From Chiloscyllium plagiosum (Eukaryota): DNA of 36,367 bases. A program made the translations under genes and the position numbers. The first letter of the stretch is position 1. Each line of letters starts with the position of its first letter. Below the pieces are notes generated by a model that was not told where the DNA came from, searched no databases, and saw only the letters and a list, made by a program, of their open reading frames with translations. The stretch covers positions 10,987,051 through 11,023,417 of the forward strand of contig NC_057751.1 of assembly GCF_004010195.1 (NCBI RefSeq), given 5' to 3'. Positions 33,661 through 36,367 of the stretch are shown here, in pieces.

Positions 33661-35124
33661 CTAGGAATAAAACAATTTCATTAGCCACACAAAATCAATA
33701 TCAACTAGCTGCAAGTTTTAGCTCCCTGAGGCGCCCCAAACCCAAAAGGAAGTCAAGAGTAAGATTGAAACAAAGACTTTTTTATTGATGGGAATAAACA
33801 GCAGGGTGAAAATTAAATTCTTTTCAATGTGCTGGTCACAAAAATTGCAAAGTATTACTTATTTCAAAACAATCCAGAGCCACTTGCAATTTTGACAAAC
33901 CACAAGTTGATAAAATGTCCTAAGGAGATCAACTGCAAGGAAGATAATTATTTCTATTAAGAGAAAACCTAACTTCTTCAAGAAACACATGCCGAGAACC
34001 ATAGATGCCTTTTTTGTGTGTTTTGCAAATTGTAAATTAAATATGAAGCCAGGTATAAAACTGAAATCACAAATGGCATGTTTTAAACCAAATGAGACGG
34101 GGAATGGGAGATGTCGGATAGCAACTACTTTTTAATCCACAGACCTGGTTTAATTTAACTTGGATACAGTCATATATTTAAAGCTTCAATGGTACATTTC
34201 TTCACCCTCTCTCAACCATTCAAACAACCTCACCCAAAATCTCTCATTTTACTGTCTTGTCCCCTTGTTGACTTTCAATCTTCTTCCAGCCAAGATGGAA
34301 TTCTCTGCTGCCATTTTAAATCAGCTAAACTGAATAGTTGATTTTAGTTTAGACGATCCAGACATTAGTCTGACTGAAAGAATGCCAAGTGTCAAGTCTT
34401 CGCGTTTGGAATATTTCCAAAAGAGTCAAGTACACTTTACAAACATTCCAAAACAACAGAAAACACTCATGATTTTTAAAAGCAGAAATGAAATATTGAA
34501 CAGGAATCTTAATATGCCAATCATCACCCATGACTTGAAGCTGGAAGGCAAGAGAGAAAACATAGGATTTCTCTTTATCAAAATGCTAATTTAAAGATCT
34601 CTGAATTACATTCTTGAATGTCCAGGAATTACTTGAATCAAAATAGGAATGTGTGCACCCTATAGAAAAATACAAGTTCTATTCAGTTTCAGAAAATATT
34701 TCTAACTCAACGCCTCAGCGCTGTGGATTACCATTGCACAAATATGCACAGTTTAAGGCTAAAAGCAATCAGCATCTCCAGTCAAGAGGTGTATCGCATC
34801 ATTGTGCTCGGCCGTTACGTGAACATTTGATATTTGGTTTCCAATAGAAAATTTATGTATGAATTAGGAACAGGAGTAGGCCAATTTCTGCAATTCTGCA
34901 TTACACAGTCAAATGTTATGCAAATACTGATGCACAATTGATTTCAGAAATTTGAAGCGTAGTTTACACCACAACCTGATGTCTGCCAAACGAACAGCTA
35001 AGAATTCAAAATTCCAAATCTCAGGAACAATGGAGACAGAAAAATTCCACAATTTTCTCATTTTAAATGAGGATGTATAAATAGGATTGGAACTGTAGGC
35101 CCTCAGAACGTCATCGGTCAATAA

Positions 35125-36187
35125 GACCATAAGGCCATGAGATACAGGAGCAGCATTTGGCCATTCAGCCCATCGAGTCTGTTTGGCCATTTGATCTTGG
35201 CTGATGTTTCTTAGCCCCATCCTCCTGCCTTCTCCCCATAACCCTTGACCCCCTCACTCATCAAAAACCTACCAATCTCAGTCTGAAATATACTCCATGA
35301 CTTTGGTCTGCACACCCCTCTGCAGCAATGAGTCCCACAGATTCCCCACTCTCTGGCTGATGAGATGGAATTTCTTGAGCCAAAGTTCTCAAGGGTCATA
35401 CCTTCTCATGGAGGCTGTTCCCCTAGTTCCTAGTCTCTCATACTCATGGAAATATCCTCTCCACGTTCACTCTATCCAAGCCTCACAGTATCCTGCAAGT
35501 TTCAGTCAGATTCCCCTTCATCCTTTTGAGCTCCATCAAGTACAGACTCATAGTCCTCAACCACTTCTCACATGACAAGCCTTTTATCCCCGGGTCCTTC
35601 TTGCGACCCTCCTCTGGACCTACTCCAACACCAGTATAACCTTCCTAGGATATGGGGCCCATAACGGTTCACAATATTCTAAATGTGGTCTGACCAAAGT
35701 CTTATGCAACCTCAGCAGTACACTTCTGCTCTAATATCTTAGCCCTCTCTAAATGAATGCCTGCTTAATCGCCAACTGAACCTGCATGTCAACCTGAACA
35801 TAAGACTCGCGAGTCCCTTGCGCTTCCGATTTCTGAAGCCTTTTAAGGTGAAGAAAACAATCTTCACCTGTGTTCTTTCTACCAAAATATATCACTTCAC
35901 ACTTTGCCATACTGTCACTTCTTTGCCCCTCACCTTGCATATCCAGGTCCTTCTGCAGCTTCCCTGCCTCCTCACCACTATCTGTCCCTCCTCTGCAAAC
36001 TCAGCAACATTGCCCTCAGTTCCTTCATCCAGATCATTAATACATCATGTGAAGAGCTGTGGTCCCAATACTGATGCATGCAGAACTTCACTCATCTTCG
36101 GTTGCCATTCTGAAAAAGACCATTTAATCGCTTCTGCCAGTCTGCCAATCCCTACCAGTGTCAGTACCTTGCCTCTAACACCATTCA
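35125..36187 (-). mobile_element. CR1 LINE relic
   Basis: Minus-strand SVLGPQLFT and KCEVIYFGRKN remnants; reverse-oriented CR1 3' tail. Confidence 0.82.
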
Positions 36188-36367
36188 GAGAAAGTGAGGA
36201 CTGCAGGTGCTGGAGATCAAAGCTGAAAAATGTGTTGCTGGAAAAGCGCAGCAGGTCAGGCAGCATCCAAGGAGCAGGAGAATCGACGTTTCGGGCATAA
36301 GCCCTTCTTCAGGAATGAGGAGGGTGTGCCAAGCAGGCTAAGATAAAAGGTAGGGAGGAGGGACTTG
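36188..36367 (-). mobile_element. Young-looking PLE terminal repeat, runs off the window end
   Basis: Same family as 20866..20988 and 18027..18201; CpGs intact. Confidence 0.8.
36281..36316 (-). ncRNA. Minimal type I hammerhead-ribozyme-like motif (PLE-associated)
   Basis: Minus strand: attc CTGAAGA A GGGC ttat GCCC GAA ACGT C|gatt. GUC cleavage triplet; weak helix I. Confidence 0.55.

Noticed and set aside
34705..34815. Possible intronic C/D-box snoRNA on the minus strand (ATGATGC ... CTGA ... CTGA)
   Set aside because: Imperfect C box, terminal stem of only about 3 bp, and no rRNA/snRNA complement that I can recognise.
18027..36316. CRISPR-like or bacterial repeat array
   Set aside because: The repeats are dispersed, in both orientations, with no regular spacers, in a vertebrate intron context.
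1..36367. Most short ORFs in the six-frame track as independent genes
   Set aside because: They are LINE/PLE remnants, antisense shadows of NSD3 exons, or chance ORFs; the real coding signal is the spliced minus-strand gene.

Overview
Eukaryotic genomic DNA from a vertebrate. The HE1/V-SINE, CR1-type LINE and Penelope-like repeat content points to a cartilaginous fish, probably a shark (inference). The whole window lies inside one minus-strand gene, NSD3 (WHSC1L1, an H3K36 methyltransferase). I traced 16 consecutive coding exons by hand (33660 down to 3992; 2355 nt = 785 codons; all splice phases consistent). They encode the linker after PWWP1, PHD1-4, PWWP2, AWS, SET and post-SET. The 5' exons and the final PHD5/C5HCH exons lie outside the window. 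The introns carry nested CR1 and CR1/L2-group LINE relics, HE1 SINEs and many Penelope-like-element (PLE) termini. Most notable: (i) the PLE termini carry minimal hammerhead-ribozyme-like cores (CUGANGA-A-stem-GAA-ACGU-H), two with intact cores in the NSD3 sense orientation, and several PLE copies are fold-back palindromes; (ii) a GC-AG intron; (iii) an in-frame, stop-free 207-nt intron next to the NSD3-specific exon that splits PHD4; (iv) an extended 'VETVP' exon with no visible NSD3-short terminal exon. Comparisons with human proteins and repeat consensus sequences are from memory, not from a search.
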